A stretch of DNA of 60,304 bases from Catajapyx aquilonaris. Its lineage: Eukaryota. The DNA lies in assembly GCA_000934665.2 (NCBI GenBank), contig JYFJ02002256.1, positions 1-60,304 of the forward strand, written 5' to 3'. The first letter of the stretch is position 1, and each line of letters opens with the position of its first letter. Below are positions 23,501 to 38,500 of this stretch, in pieces. The notes beneath the pieces were generated by a model. That model was not told the DNA's origin, did no database searches, and saw only the letters and a list, made by a program, of their open reading frames with translations. Made by a program: the position numbers and the translations under genes.

Positions 23501-26500
23501 CACTCGTCAGCTGCAGGACCTGGTCATGGAAGCTCGCAAGCATCAGCTCAAAGAGGAAGAAGAAGGAGAGGGAGGGGAAGGAGAACAAGATGAGGATAAA
23601 AGAGGAGAAGGAGAGATCCTCCCTGCAGGAATTAATGAAGAATTCATCAAACCACTCTCCACAGGTATGCACAAAATCATATATTCTATTTCAGTTGCTT
23701 TTCAAAGACATTTATGCCAGTCAGGTCAGTTAGTCAGTAAGTGCATTCCAGATTATTGGAGTGACATAGTGGCTATAGGATTGGCAACTGGCAAATGTAA
23801 TTGCCCTGTTGGGGCCAGACAATTTTTAACTGCCATTGCTATAGTCTTGACTGCATGGGGAGGTTGGTGGCTAATGTTAAATGAAATATTGGTAATATAA
23901 AAGGGTGTTTTCGCAGACATTCTTAATCATCATGAACTGCTGCATTTTTTGACTATTTAGAGAGCAAGTTTTTGTTACCACACCTCCCACCATCTTTATT
24001 ATTTCGATTGACTTGATATTGACTGATATTCATTGACACCTTAGATAGACTGAGAAGTTAAAGTAAGTGTTTGCAATTTTGTGTGTGCACCCAGTGCCTG
24101 GATATTTATACGTGAGATGTTGATGAGTAAGGTTTTCAGGTGCATAAGTTACATGGATGCAACATTGATTTGTCTTTTTTATGATTAGGTTGCAGAATTT
24201 CACTCACTCTAGGTCTAGGCTGACATTTGTTTCTGGTTCATTTCACCTCTGAAGTTTGCAACACATTCATAATCTATGCATTTAGTGTATTAGGCATGTT
24301 GGGTAACATGCACTGTAAATGACCAGGTCATTACTTTGATTTTTTTGGAATATACAGGGTGGACCAACTTCAAGTGTCGTTTTATAACGGTGATTAATAG
24401 CAGTGATTTTGCGATGACGTAGCAGCGACGTGTAAAATGTCCCACTTCGGCGCCATCGAAAATATTAGCTGCCAATAGCAGCACACATGTAATCAACCCT
24501 GCTGCTGGGTTGACCTGGAAAAAAGGAGGTGCACACATGACCTGCGATGCGCCTGGGTGAAATGGGTGACGTCCAAGGCACCAGATGGACCATGGACCTG
24601 TAATGCAAGGGGGAAGCCTGCAAACGAAACACAGCTAATATTTTCGATGGCGCCGAAGTGGGCCATTTTACACGTGGCTGCTACGATAATCGTAAAGCGC
24701 TTCTATTAATAGCCGTTATAAAACGACACTTGAAGTTGGTCCACCCTGTATTTTAATTAGCCTGTCTGCTTCCATATACAAATATCTCAGTTAAAAATCT
24801 CTGATAATACACATAATGTAGAGGTAGGCATTAAAGAAGGCTGCAGTATGCAAGGACAAACTGCTACAGACTCATTCTGAGTTGACTCAAAATACTGCTT
24901 ATCACAATATGTACCAACCCATTAACATGTCCCTGCCAAAAAAGAGCTGCAATCCAACCAGACCTTAGTCCTCATAACCTTATGGCCGTAGTGCAGTTTC
25001 TTTGACTTAGGTCACTTGTCTAAACTAAATTAATCTAGACATCATTTCTAACTGTGTACTCCCATGGGATACAATCTAGTAATAATAATAATACAATGAC
25101 AATAGAATAATACGATAAACAGTGACAGTCCTACAGCCTCTTGGGAGATCCTTTTTGCAATGCTAGAATTTATAGTAATAACCTCTGCTATTATGGATTT
25201 GATAGCACGGGGAAATTGGAGAAGCCAGAAAAATCGAAGAGCACAGAGAGAAAATATTGTAAACTCTCTATGTGAGAAAATCTTTCCTTTGATTTGGGTA
25301 TTGAATTTGAGACTTCAGAGCTGGAATGGCATGATGAAGAGGTACACTAGCTGTGATTAGGGAGGGTGAATTATGTGTAATCAAAGGTACCACAGCAAAA
25401 TTAATTTTTCTGCTGGCAAGTTTTACATCATATGCTTTCTTCGACATAAAATGGTGACTTTGCGAATGACATTTGCATTAGGCAAGGTATTACAAATTAT
25501 CTAGACTAAAATTTAGTTGAGGGCTTTGGTGTAAAGTTTTAAAATTAAAGCTTCCAAAATAAGCCTTCAGCTGAAACATGGTGACATCTCAAGTGTGGAA
25601 TTCTTTTAAAAATATGGATTGTTCTCAATTTCATGCATGTTATAACTAGTTTTACATGCTTATAGCATTAACCCTTTCATTCCCACCGTAGCCATATGGC
25701 AACAATTAATCTGGCGGCAAAGCGTTCGCATGCAGAAGGCAAAATTTGCGGGTCAAACTTCTTTTGCCATCTAGTGGATGGTGACTCAGCACCCCCAAAG
25801 TCGGATTGTTATGTTTAGCTCGCGCACTTGAAAGGTAAACAACCCCCCACCCAGCGGCGTAATTACAGGGTGTCCCATAAAGGCCAGTTGCACCGGCCTC
25901 AATATAACTTAGAACCTCGGGTATAACAAGAATTGCCATAGCAATCATTGTTGACCAACAATGATTGCTATAGCAATTCTTGTTATACCCGAGGTTCTAA
26001 GTTATATTGAGGCCGGTGCAACTGGCCCTAAGTCTGGACTCTTAGGAATTTCTCATAGTACTGTGTTTTAGTATTATTATGCAACCATAGTAACAATTTT
26101 ATAGTGACATTAACCATTTAAATTAATTTAATTGCATTTAAAGTTAATTGCATTTAAAAATATTTTCTGGAACACCCTGTACGTTAATTTTTTCGGCATT
26201 TTTACATTCCAAAGGACCACCACGGGTAAAAATGATAAATATTGAAGCACATTGTTTTTCATTATATCACTCCTACTACAAATTTTGTTCAAAAAGAGAA
26301 GAAACGGCCCAAAAAATTCCGGAATGAAAGGGAGAGTAAGCATGTTAATGGTTCTTCTGTTGGCCTTGTAAAGGAGACAAGACAACTTGAAGGAAATTAT
26401 CTCTCTCTTGGGCATAACAAAAAAAAAGTAGCACAGTGCGTGGGAGACAGAAGAAAGGGATGTCATGACCAAAAAAAGACTTAGAGTACCTAAATCCATG

Positions 26501-29500
26501 AAAGTACTAACCTATATAGTTTTTCCACTCAGGAAGAAGGTTGCATCTAAGATTTCAATGTTATAATTTAAGTTTAGCCTCTTGTGATCAGTTTAAAATG
26601 TGGAATGCACTCATAGTAACTAGACCATGAGGCCTCAGGAGTTTCCAGTTTTGGACTCGTTATATTACCAGTCACTTTGTAAGTAGTTCATAATGGCTAT
26701 ATTTTATGAGTAGTTTTATTGCAGTCCTCCTAAGTGGAACCACCGTCTTATGATACTCTGGTCTGGTCACTCCCCCTCCTATCGCGTTCAGGGGATCAAC
26801 AGGGTGGTAATGTGGTAGGAGGCCACGATAGCGCTGATAAGTGCAGTGGATTCTGCAGTGCTTGTCGCGATGCCTAGCGGGGCTTCTTTGCATTTAATAG
26901 AAGACATGGTAGACCACAGTAGATTCCTACCGTAACTTATTTGCCGACTATGTTCGTGGCAATTGCCGCAGAATCGACTCCACTTATCAGCGCTATCATG
27001 GCCTCCTACTGCATCACCACCCCGTCACTCCCCTGAAGGGGGATTTATATGGAGTTGTGGTACGAGTGACAAGGGGCTGAGTGTAACTGTCTCAATTTCA
27101 AGTTTTCACCCACTTGTTTTTAGGCCCACATCATTACAATAAATGAAGCTACTCATCATGGCCATGCATGAATGATAATGTCCATATTTTGTGATATGAT
27201 AGTGTTTTTTCGTAACATACTGCACAGCAGTGTGGTTCATCCTCCCTGGTATTATACTTGATGATGCCATAATTATTATTGTGTCAATCAGATGCATAGC
27301 CCCCNTAATGACACCTCCCCCCCCCCCACACACACACACACACATTCTCTCTCCCTCTCTCTGTTTCACACACACACTCACACGCTGACAAGACTTGGAA
27401 CAAGTCCAAATTGATGCAATGAGGCTGAGTTGATCAGTGCCAGCTTGCATGCTTTCAAACATAGTTGGACTCGAACAATAAGTCAGTGACATTATCCCTA
27501 TCCCAGTACTATGGTGTAGGCATTCTTCATAGGTTGCATTTTTAACCCTTCACTACGTAGGTGGGTGAAACACCTTTAACTACGTAGGTGGAGCCTGAGA
27601 GGCTCCAACGATATATTTAAATATCTTCTTATCAACTAAATTGTTATGTTGGACTTTTCACATACAGAAAGTGCAGTTCAGATCATTAGGCTTCCGAAAA
27701 CGTAAAAATCACATGCTGAGTCAGCATATTCCGAGAGGGAAAATTTTTTAATTAAAAGGTTACATCATGTGTTTGAGCCGCTCAGGATTCACCTGAGATA
27801 TAGAGCCTGAGCAGTTCCAGGAGGGACCTGTTCCTCGTTACGAATTTTTTTAAACCAAAGAATAGGGACTAAAAATTTTTTTCTTTCCTTTTCATGCTTA
27901 GGAAGATTTTTCTGACAAAGTCACGGAAGGACAGGGGAAAATAAAATTCAATGAAAAAGTTACATGCGTTTAAATAGTGCTTGGAGCCTCTCAGGCTCCA
28001 CCTACGTAGTTAAGGGTTAAGGTCATCAATGCACAGTGACATTCCATTTTTAGCATTGCTATGTGCTGGCCTCTATCCCCACATTTTATTTGCAAATTTT
28101 TTTCAGGGGTTAAGGGGGCACTAGTGATCGACCTTCAAAATTTTTTTTTTTTTTTTAATTGTGAAAAAAATCAAGCGTCTTTTCCTGTGTTGAACGCGGC
28201 AAACTGCGTCCCGAAATTCAAAAAATTGGCGCGTCAGGAGCCGACGCCTGGTGACCTTGCCTGGCAACGACCTTTGGAATCTTTTAACCTTAAACGCGTT
28301 TTTCTCAGTTTGCCGGATTTGGACACGGCGGGCATCGCTCTGGCCGCAACAATTTAGCTACGGACTTCCCACATCGTAAGATTTATCCTCAAACATGGCG
28401 CTATCGTTCGGCCTAAAAGAATTAGCCTGCGTGAACTACTTCTATTTTAACTTTTAATTTGGCACCTGAGATAAGTGACTGATGCCTGGTTGCACCAACA
28501 AAATTACCGGTCCGATAGCTCCTAACGGACCGATAGCACATGTTAAAAGGTCTACCTATCTGTCCATTAGGAGCTATCGGACCTGTAATTTTGTTGGTGC
28601 AACCAGGCATAAGTCCATTTTTAGAATTACCAGTAGTTGAAAAGGATGCATCCAGTTTACTTAATGTGAGCATGTAATATATTTTTAAACTTCTAAAGAT
28701 AGAATTTCCAAAGTAACTACAGTAGAACCCCGATTATCCATCACCCACAGGACTGGGGCATTGTCGGATAACAGAAAAGGTCGTATAATCCGAGGAGCAA
28801 AGGAAAACAAAACAAAGAGCATAAAAAATCATGATATAAAGCCGCGTTTACACGTGAGCGATTTGACAAGCGAAGTAACCAATATTGTTTGAGGTGAAAG
28901 TAACAATTGATTTTCGCCTCAAACAATACTGGTTACTTGGGTTACTCAGCTTTGTTACCGCATGGTGAAGACTGCTCGTCAAATCACTCGCATGTAATTG
29001 CAGCTTCATGTACAATATTATGCTTTTCTAAGAAATAGTGAAGCATTTATCTTTTACGTACACACTGCTGTTTAAAATTTAATTAATGCAATACAAATGA
29101 TTAGTAGGCCTGCATTACAGTGTTTGATGAGAAAACATATATTTATTGCTGGAGCGGGCCGGTCGGATAAACGGAGTTCTACTGTATATATGTACTTTTT
29201 ATAGACCTTGTGAAGAAGTCCCCTTCGATAATGGCAGTGGTATCATACTATTAAGTACCAGAATGAGAGTAAAATTTTTCCAATGGCATTGTGTTCCTGT
29301 TCCAGCAAAATATTTTGGCTCTTAGAATGAGTATGCTAGATTAGAACTGGCCCAGATTGTTCAGTGATATGACATGATTGCAGTTGACATCTGCCATTCC
29401 ACAATTTCAGAGAATGTGGTAGTTCAGAGATGGAGTGAGCAGCGTGAGCTTCACCAGCAAAGCATCTTCTACCAGGAGACTACAACTGCCACAGCTGCTT

Positions 29501-32500
29501 CTTCCTCCTCTTCCTCCACCTGTTCCTCTCGCTTGTCTAGCACCACTACCCTGGTGAGGGAGGGAGGAGGAGTGGTAGTAACGGGAGGAGGGAATAATTC
29601 TCTGTTATCCTCTTCCCACTGTGTGCGATCCCAGTCATCATCCTCAGCCCTTTGTACCACGTACTTGGGTACTGCTAACTCAGCTCAGCAGCAAAGGCAC
29701 CACCATCATCAGACTTCTTCCTCCTCCTCCTCACCTACCCCATCCTCACCACCACCACCTGCCCTCCCTGCCAAGAAGAGGTCCTCAACTGCCTCAAACT
29801 CCTCCAGCATTTCTTCCTCCCTTTCCTCAGCCTTTACTCACTCCAGAGCTCCCTCTTATGGAGACAGACGGAAGTCGCAGTATGACAATGTCCCTGTGAG
29901 TAGCATGTCTGCTTTTTCAGTTGTTTGTAGGTGTCAGATGGGGTGGATACTAGATTTGGCATGGCTGAATTGGCTCTAAAAGGAAATACATCCCAGGTCC
30001 AACCAGCCAATGCCTTGACAACCAAACTGATTTCCCTCCAATTGGAAATACATCCAAAGATCTACAGCCCTCTTGCCCCAATTGACAAGATCAAATGATG
30101 CTTTTGGAAACAACAACAACTTAATAAACAATGAACCTTGCAGGAAGTAGTGATGAGTGAAGATGTGGATGAGGTGGATGATGGGGCAGTGACTCTGAGG
30201 CATCCACCTCCACCTCCAACCCACCCACACTCTTTGCTGCAGCAACACCAAGTCAGCATTAGTCAAGGAGGGCGAGTGACTTCCCTTATGCCACTTCCTC
30301 CACCATTGCCACCAAAGAAAAAGCACAGTAAGTATAGGATCCATATATGCCTAATCAACGATTGTTTAATTTTTCAAACCACTCATCAATTATTTATGTG
30401 CAAGTCAGCAGCATATGGTATATGGCAGCTAGTTTAATAAAAACAGTAATAAATGCTACCTAAGAAGGTAGCAACAGGAGACGAACCAACGTTTGGATGA
30501 TTTTTTCTGACTTTCATTGCAATTTGCCATGCTTGTGGAAAACATTTGAGTTATTTTTTTCCATCGAGTTCCATGTCAAGAGTACTGGATTTTGCCATCA
30601 TTCCAACAGAAATATATCATTCGATAGTGCCAGAAGAGTGACAATAAACACAGTAACAAACCAACGTTTTTATGACACTCATTTCTGCACCGGGTTACAT
30701 TGCATCAGAAAGTTGCAAATTCTAAGTGGTTGTGAGGGCAGTATAGAAATGCTCTAGAGAAGAAAAGGCTGGGGAATCCATTGGTCACTAATGGAAGGGA
30801 AGAAGATGCAGCAGGATTTAGGCCTATAACAACTGATAACAATAATGAAGAAGCTGACTTCTAAGATGTCTCACTGCCAATGGCATACGAAGTTTTTCAG
30901 GTGCCAGTGAAAGTTATCCCCCAAGTTTTTTAATACCAAAATGTAGCAGACGAAGTCAAGGACCAGGTCGGTCAACTGAGTGTGACATTTAAGAGGTGTA
31001 TTTGGCAACAAGGAGAAAGTTATGGAATTTTTTGGTCCTACATAATTTACAGGCGAGCTAATTTTGTGTCTTTGTGGATAGTTTCATTGATGAGTATACA
31101 GTGGTGTGCACGGTCGAGGAGTGTGTGTGTGTATACACAGACAGGTCTGGCAACTTCCCCTCTTATCGCGTCAATCTTTAGAGTCCCCCCCTGCTTACTG
31201 ATCTGCTAAATCAAGGAGCAACACCCCTACACTGTGGAGAAAATGATTACTATTATTAGAACAGATCATGAGAACGTGGATGTAAACAGGCCCCAGTGCG
31301 AAGGAACGAATGAACCATGCCTACTAGATTTGATTTAGCGGTTTGGGAGTCTTGGTCCGCCGTGTTCAGACTGGGAGTTAAAGTAACTAAAAAAAACAGA
31401 ACAAGCGCCAAAACTAAAGCGAAGTGGCAACCCACCTAACTACTGATATCTAAGGTCACGGGGGTCTGACGGGGAAACCTATATGAATAAAACAGAGTTG
31501 CAGTGGGGTGGCGGTGTGCATTAAAGGCATATGGCAGGCAGAAAACTTGGTGCGTTTGTTGCGAAAGGAGCGATTTTGATAGAGGAAACCTTGGTTATAG
31601 GATATTAATCTTCACAGTCCCTTGAAGTTTCTTATATTCAGAGTTGATTGTATAAGACTTGACATCTAATACTGAAATCAACACATCTCACATGCAGCAT
31701 GAGCAATTTTTGGCAAACAAGCCTTTGTGGTGAGGTTTTAATGGGTTTTCATGGATGACATGTTCTTTTGTTCTTTTTGACAGTAACTGCCTACATGGAG
31801 ATGTTTGGTAGTTCAGGGCACCCCAGTGCCAGTGAGCTTCTGCGTCATTCTGTCCACACTTATGGAGCTCTGCAGGCCCAGTGGCAGCAGCACCAGCGTC
31901 TCCTAACCCTAGCTCACACGTCATTCTCTTCCTCTTCCTCTTCCTCATCCTCTGCCTCCTCCACTTCTGTTTCCTTTCTCCACCACCACCATCACCACCA
32001 CCAGCAGAAGCATCAACATGGGCTACATTCTGCTTCATGGACTGATCCTCCATTACTCAGCATCACCAAGTGAGTGGTTGAGTTCTCTTAATGGGGTAAT
32101 TTAACTGACAGTGAGTACACAGGTGGTATGAAAATCTTGCAATATGTTGTGTTTCTGTGTATTGAAATTCATGGTATTCATTTGTATATGTCGTAGCTCC
32201 ATAGCAAAATTGGGCACTTCGTGAAATGTCTATTGAAATTGGACACATTGGACTCATGCCGTAATTCAGAATCTGCACACTCGGCATTAGACACTTCGCG
32301 GTGATGCTGGACACATGTAGGAGAAGGTGATGCCTCTCTTCCCGTGCAGTTTGGCACATGCAGTCGGTGGAAGTTGAAGCATAATGCATTGCGCTTAGGC
32401 AGAAAAGAAAATGATATTCATTTCATTTAACACTGTCTTGTTAAGTTGAACAGCAGATATAATGTCTTTCATGACTTAGTAACCTTTCCAACCGAAATGT

Positions 32501-35500
32501 TCCCTACTCCACTTGTTATTTTTTATCAGAACTTGGATCAAGTGAAGTTGGAAATGTCAGAGACATAGCGCAACTATTCAAAGATTAAAACTAATTTCAA
32601 TCAAGAACTTTATTTTTCGGGAAATATGCCTCTACACTTCACAAAGTTACTTGTAAACCTTATGAACCAGTCATCACAACTATATACAAAATCCCTATCT
32701 TTGGTATTTAATCCTGAAATGACATGCCCTAATTGTAATATGAATGACCTCCAAACACTCCCAACATATTTTTTATTGCTGTCCCTTGTACAATACCCCA
32801 AGAAGATACATACTTGATACCCTCCAAACAGTGCCCAGTTATGATGTGTACTATGGTTTTTGCAACCCCTCACTTGTATTTGTATTTAAGTTATATAATT
32901 TTGTAGACAATGTAATCAGAAGAAATGCACTGATGAACTAAATGTTGTACCAGCCCCCTGACACAGCCCACCTACATGTTTGGATACGGTAGGTTAACAC
33001 CTGTGTCCTGGCCAGACGGCACTGACGGCGGATGTCCCTCCATTCTCTGCCGCCATCTTGAAGACCCATTCCGGTTGGCTGGCAAGTCAATCTGCCTACG
33101 GGTGGGTGCCAAAAAATATATGCCGAAAAATAAGTACGGTACTGCTCGGTACTGCTAGCTATCTTTAGTCATGTCTAAATAAAATAAATGGTACACTTAC
33201 AATGCTCGGTAAATGTGCAGAAGGCATTCCTGGACACACCAAAAATGTCAAGCGAGCAGGAGGTGATTGTAAAAGAGCATTGTAAGTGTAGCCTACTATT
33301 TATTTTATTTAGACACTAGCAGCGGTACCCGTTCTTCGCACGGGGAAAAAAAGAGCGTGGATAATTACACCGAAATCTTCTGAGATCTCAAGCAATATTA
33401 AATGCAAAACTGCTCATTCCCTTGCATATGTAGGCACTGGAAGGGTGTAAAAATTCTGGTTTGTTTGCGTAATAAAGAGCCACGCAACTATGGCTATGTG
33501 ATTATCAGAATACAAAAAGGTGGGACAGATGGAGAGAGAAACGAAGAGGAAAAAAGAAGAGAGGAACGACTGGTATCTCTCTTAGTCTGTCTCCTATCCC
33601 AAAGACCTGTCCGACTTGGGCGGCCCTACCAGTAGACGAAACTACCGCCGGCATAGCTCTTCAGGATCATGGGAAAACGAAAGCCCACCACCAAGGCAAG
33701 GTGGAGATACATTGGGGGAAGGGGCCATTAAAAAATTTGGATAAAGAAATAGGGGGAAGTGCAAAATTTGAAACCATTTATAGGCCTGTTTCTATGGTAA
33801 TCACCAACAAAATTCTGTTGCCACAGGCAAAGGCAAAGTTTTTTTTTTTTTTTTTTTTTGCTTTACATACGTATAGATTATCAAAATATGTTATTTCTTC
33901 ATTAATTCATAGCAGCAAACCCGTCTGGTACATATGTTGAACTTGGTGTCAGTCAACGTACACATAAGTGATTGAAAGCGGAGGGATAATTGGACAGTGT
34001 TATGCAATAATGGGTCAACCCACAAAAATGCCAAAATTGAGCCAAGCCCAGGAACATAGACGTAAAGCAGAGGTTCTTAACCTTTTAGGGCCTCCGCACC
34101 CCTTTGTAGACAATATATTGGTCTTTGTCGCACCCCCTTTACCAGGGGTCATTGATTACGTTCATAGTTAGACCAGTTATTAGCTCTTGGTTAGACTAAG
34201 TCCAGAGGTGCACCTTGCTCGCACCCCCAGGGAAGCCACCTCGCAACCCCTGGAGGTGCGGGCACCCCAGGCTAAGAACCGCTGACCTAAAGGATCCTAC
34301 TTCATTCAGTTAAAATCACGCAGGTGAAAATAATCTGCATACTTCTGCCGTAAATGACCGAAAAGAACACCGAATTAATTTCACAGGTATGACCTTCAAA
34401 GCCCTTTTTCTCAAAACTGGTCTCGCGTGGGTTGACGCATTATTGCATAACACCGTCCAATTATCAAAATAATACAGTAGGTACCCGTTTTACACCCCTC
34501 CATTTTACGCCGTTCTACATTAACGCCGGTTTGAAAATGACATTATAAAATTTTTAAATTGAAAAATTGTGATAACGTGGAAATTATGATAGCTTGCTGG
34601 TTGCGAAGTGGCCAAGAAAGATTTCCCATGCGGGAAGTACCCGTTTTACGCCGCTCCATTTTACGCCGTTTCGCATTAACCCCGGTTTTAAAATTACCGT
34701 ACATTTGAAAATTTTGTATAAGATTTAAAATATATATATATATATATTTGATGGTAAGACAATCTGAACATGAACGCATCACTCCAACACTTCTGAGACC
34801 AAACACACGAACGTATACCTGCCCTTCTTTCCTCTGCTTCCTGGTGCCTTGTGGCAGCTTCTATCGATATATGAACTGTACAGTACTGTATTGTTCGGTA
34901 TTGTTGATCTCGGCACTCCCCGAAGTACTCCAACCGTTAACTGTTACAATACCCTACGTGTCAAGGGGGGTAATCACTCGACTGAAAAGTGCACACTGGA
35001 GTACCAAATTCAAGGAGTACCACGGAGTAATAAAGAGTGAGGTGCCTGAGGAGTACCAGGGAGTACCACTCCCAGGTGTACACCGGAGTACCGAAGTGAT
35101 TACCCCCTTGCTATATGTGTACTGCAATTCTTGCCAACCTGCCCGTTGTTCTATATTGTTTTCATTGTTGAATATGCAATGTTGATTTCATTTTAGAACG
35201 TGAGTGAGAGAGGCAGATCCATCATTTGGGCTTGTTGACAGCCAGGGTTGCTAGGCAATTGCTTAATCTGCTGAAAACCCCCCTTAGACTCAAATAATTT
35301 CGGGTTTGGGACTTTTCTCGGGGTCAGTGATATGTAAGACATGGCTCTGCGAAATTTGAGCGCTCTCCGTGCCCGGGAAGTGGTTTAATTAAGCGTGATA
35401 AATAAATAAATAAATAAATATATGTACAAATTTTGAGCTTTATATATATAGGGATGACTTAAGATAGCTAGCAGTACTGAGCAGTACCGTACTTATTTTT

Positions 35501-38500
35501 CGGCATATTTTTTTGGCACCCACCCGTAGGCAGATTGACTTGCCAGCCACCGGAATGGGTCTTCAAGATGGCGGCAGAGAATGGAGGGACAAACGCCGTC
35601 AGCGCCGTCTGGCCAGGACACAGGTGTTAACCTACCGTATTCGGGGAGTGTCATAGGCCTGGGTTGTACTGTAAATACCACGGTTGGCATGATTATAATC
35701 AATTGATTATAATCAATTGATTATAATCATTGATTATAATCATGATTATAATCAACTGATTAATAATGAAAAACCTTGATTATAATCATGATTATAATTA
35801 ACTGATTAATAATGAAAAACCTTGATTATAATTAACTGATTAATAATGAAAAACCTTGATTATAATCATGATTATAATCCACTGATTAATAATGAAAAAC
35901 CTTGATTATAATTAACTGATTAATAATGAAAAACCTTGATTATAATCAACTGATTAATAATGAAAAACCTTGATTATAATCAACTGATTAATAATGAAAA
36001 ACCTTGATTATAATCACTAATAATAATAACAATAATAACAATAATAACAATAATTTGAAAGATACAAGGACCAAGGGGATTCCCTGTTCATGGGGGAATC
36101 CCCTGAAGAACTGGAAACAACAAGGAAGCTGGTGAATCAATTCGCAAGCGCAGCAAAGTGGCTGACATCTAGCCGACAAAATCGGAGTTCAAAAAATGGC
36201 GGCCACAAGGGGTCCAGAGCAGGTGGGAATGGTGGGGATGAGTGGGAAAGGGCCACCAAATAAGAAATATTGCTGTGTGTGGCAGTGTAACTCACGGCTA
36301 AATGCGCGTGATGGAATATGGATCCACGGATTTCAAAAAGACCAGGCCTTGAAACGGGAATGGGAGGTCAGGCTGAAATTAGGAAAAAAAGCCACGCAGC
36401 GGCTAAGTCCATTTTTGGGGCGTGTAACACAAATATGTCCAGCAATAATGCATTTTATTCATTCATTACACTTACGGCATATTCCCAAGATGGGGTTACC
36501 AGCCATGACCAGGTACAATCCACCTGACCATCTCGAACGACCAGTTTAATGAATCCTTTGGTGACTGGTCAGGCCACGCAAAGGATATAATGAAAAGGAT
36601 GACGATGAAAATGATGATATGAATATACATACATACACATAAACACTCGCACAATGTACACATGTAAACATGCAAAAATTCACATTACAACTGTGCAAAA
36701 ACCTTGTAAACTGTCCAGCATGAAGTCGTGTGTTCGATGGGCGATGTAAACAGCTGTCACCATGGAAGACGACATCTCACCCAAAGGTGCTAGTTGACGA
36801 TTGTCTCCAGTCGATGGTGTTGACCCCAGAATGTAAATAGTCAGGAGCCACCAGACCTGCGTCCACCCTCAAGGACAGCTAGCCTCAGAGATGGTCAGGT
36901 GGATTGTTCCTGGTCATCGCTCGTAACCCCATCTTGGGAATATGCTGTGAGTGTAATGAGTGAATGATTGAATAATGCATTTTAATGTCATTGGGTATTA
37001 ATTGCACATTTGCGTATGTAGCTGAGCCGTGGTATGGATGCAAAAAGTGTCAAGATTGTACCAGTGAAAGTTAAGTAATCAGCAGTTTTTGCTCATTTTA
37101 TGACCTGTTTTTTTTTACTTACTTAGCCGCCTTTGATCTGAGACCCCTCATGTAGAGGGTGATCAAATCAAATGTGACAACTTTCAATATGCTCTAACGT
37201 CCCAGCGGAAATGAGCATACTCTCAAAAGTGGACTCAAAATTCAAGGTGAACTTTGTAAAAATGTGGTCGGTGGTTCTGAAGTCATCCAAGCAAGTAGCA
37301 CACGTATATTGGAATTTTTTTAAATCCCGGAGTGCTAACACCTGCATTGATATCCCAATGTTTGAATTTTCCTGTGCCCAATGCCATGACATGTGATAGT
37401 AAACCACTATGTACCAAATGGTGAAAAGTAACAATTAATCAGTTGAATTTACAATACTGTATGTAATACAACACATCCATGTAACGCACATCCATGAATG
37501 CACAGTAGATTACTGGTAATTGCACAAGCTCTGTATACATGGCAATTTATGCAATTATCCGGAGTAGTCTATTAAGAAGATAACTGAATAACAATATATT
37601 CTCACCTATTCACCTGGATCGAGGTTACAATGGCATGCTTGCACTTCCCCGACTGTCCTGCCTTGCACGTGCATACCAACGATGCAATCGGTCCTATGGA
37701 GTGGTCATCTTTGTGGAGCTCCAATCTAACTTCATGTGGCTTGCCAGTAGCACGTCCGTGTCAGAGTAGTGGGGTTGCTGCTTTGAAGGCAGACAGCAAC
37801 GATCTTGCAGGTTTCTGCATCTCTTCCAGTCACTCCGCAACATATCATATGCTTCTTGCCTCTTGGTATCCTCTATTGCCTCCCCCCCTCTATCAGGCAG
37901 TTCTGTGTATCGCCGACATAATGAAAAATGTCGGACAATCTCATGTGTAAATCGTCCGCGACAGCCCAAAGAGCGTGCGACAGCCATTGCTAACTCGACG
38001 GCAGCGGAATCTGGACCCCTTGTTGCGGCCATCTTGGAATTAGCATCAGCGCCTCTATAGGCCGCTGCGCTTGCGAATAGAATCATAGGCTCTGAGGTCT
38101 CTGAGAAACAGGCTTGGGATTGAGAAGGCTGCAAAGTTGTGTTAGTGTTCAAGACTCTGAATCAAGCACATTGAAAAGTAAACTGACTTCCAGGCTTCCA
38201 AGTTACACTCGTTCCAGCCCATGAGGTAACAGGTATTATTTGATTCCACTAAAGAAGTTAAAATGTTGAAAGGCTAAAAAAATATCCTACCATAGAACCA
38301 CAGTACCATGTACAGTCAATCCTCGTTTAACCCTTAACTACGTAGGTGGAGCCTGAGAGGCTCCAAGCACTATTTAAACGCATGTAACTTTTTCATTGAA
38401 TTTTATTTTCCCCTGTCCTTCCGTGACTTTGTCAGAAAAATCTTCCTAAGCATGAAAAGGAAAGAAAAAATTTTTAGTCCCTATTGTTTGGTTTAAAAAA

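Larger units (their letters stand above)
32951..35661. mobile_element. Fold-back MITE (CAG termini, 8-bp TSD) interrupted by a Helitron
   Basis: tgttgtac|CAG...CTG|ggttgtac. Left arm 32983-33207 is inverted in 33275-33315 plus 35455-35642. Confidence 0.8.

Noticed and set aside
35690..36020. Regularly spaced repeats resembling a CRISPR array
   Set aside because: No unique spacers, eukaryotic context, no cas genes. This is a minisatellite.
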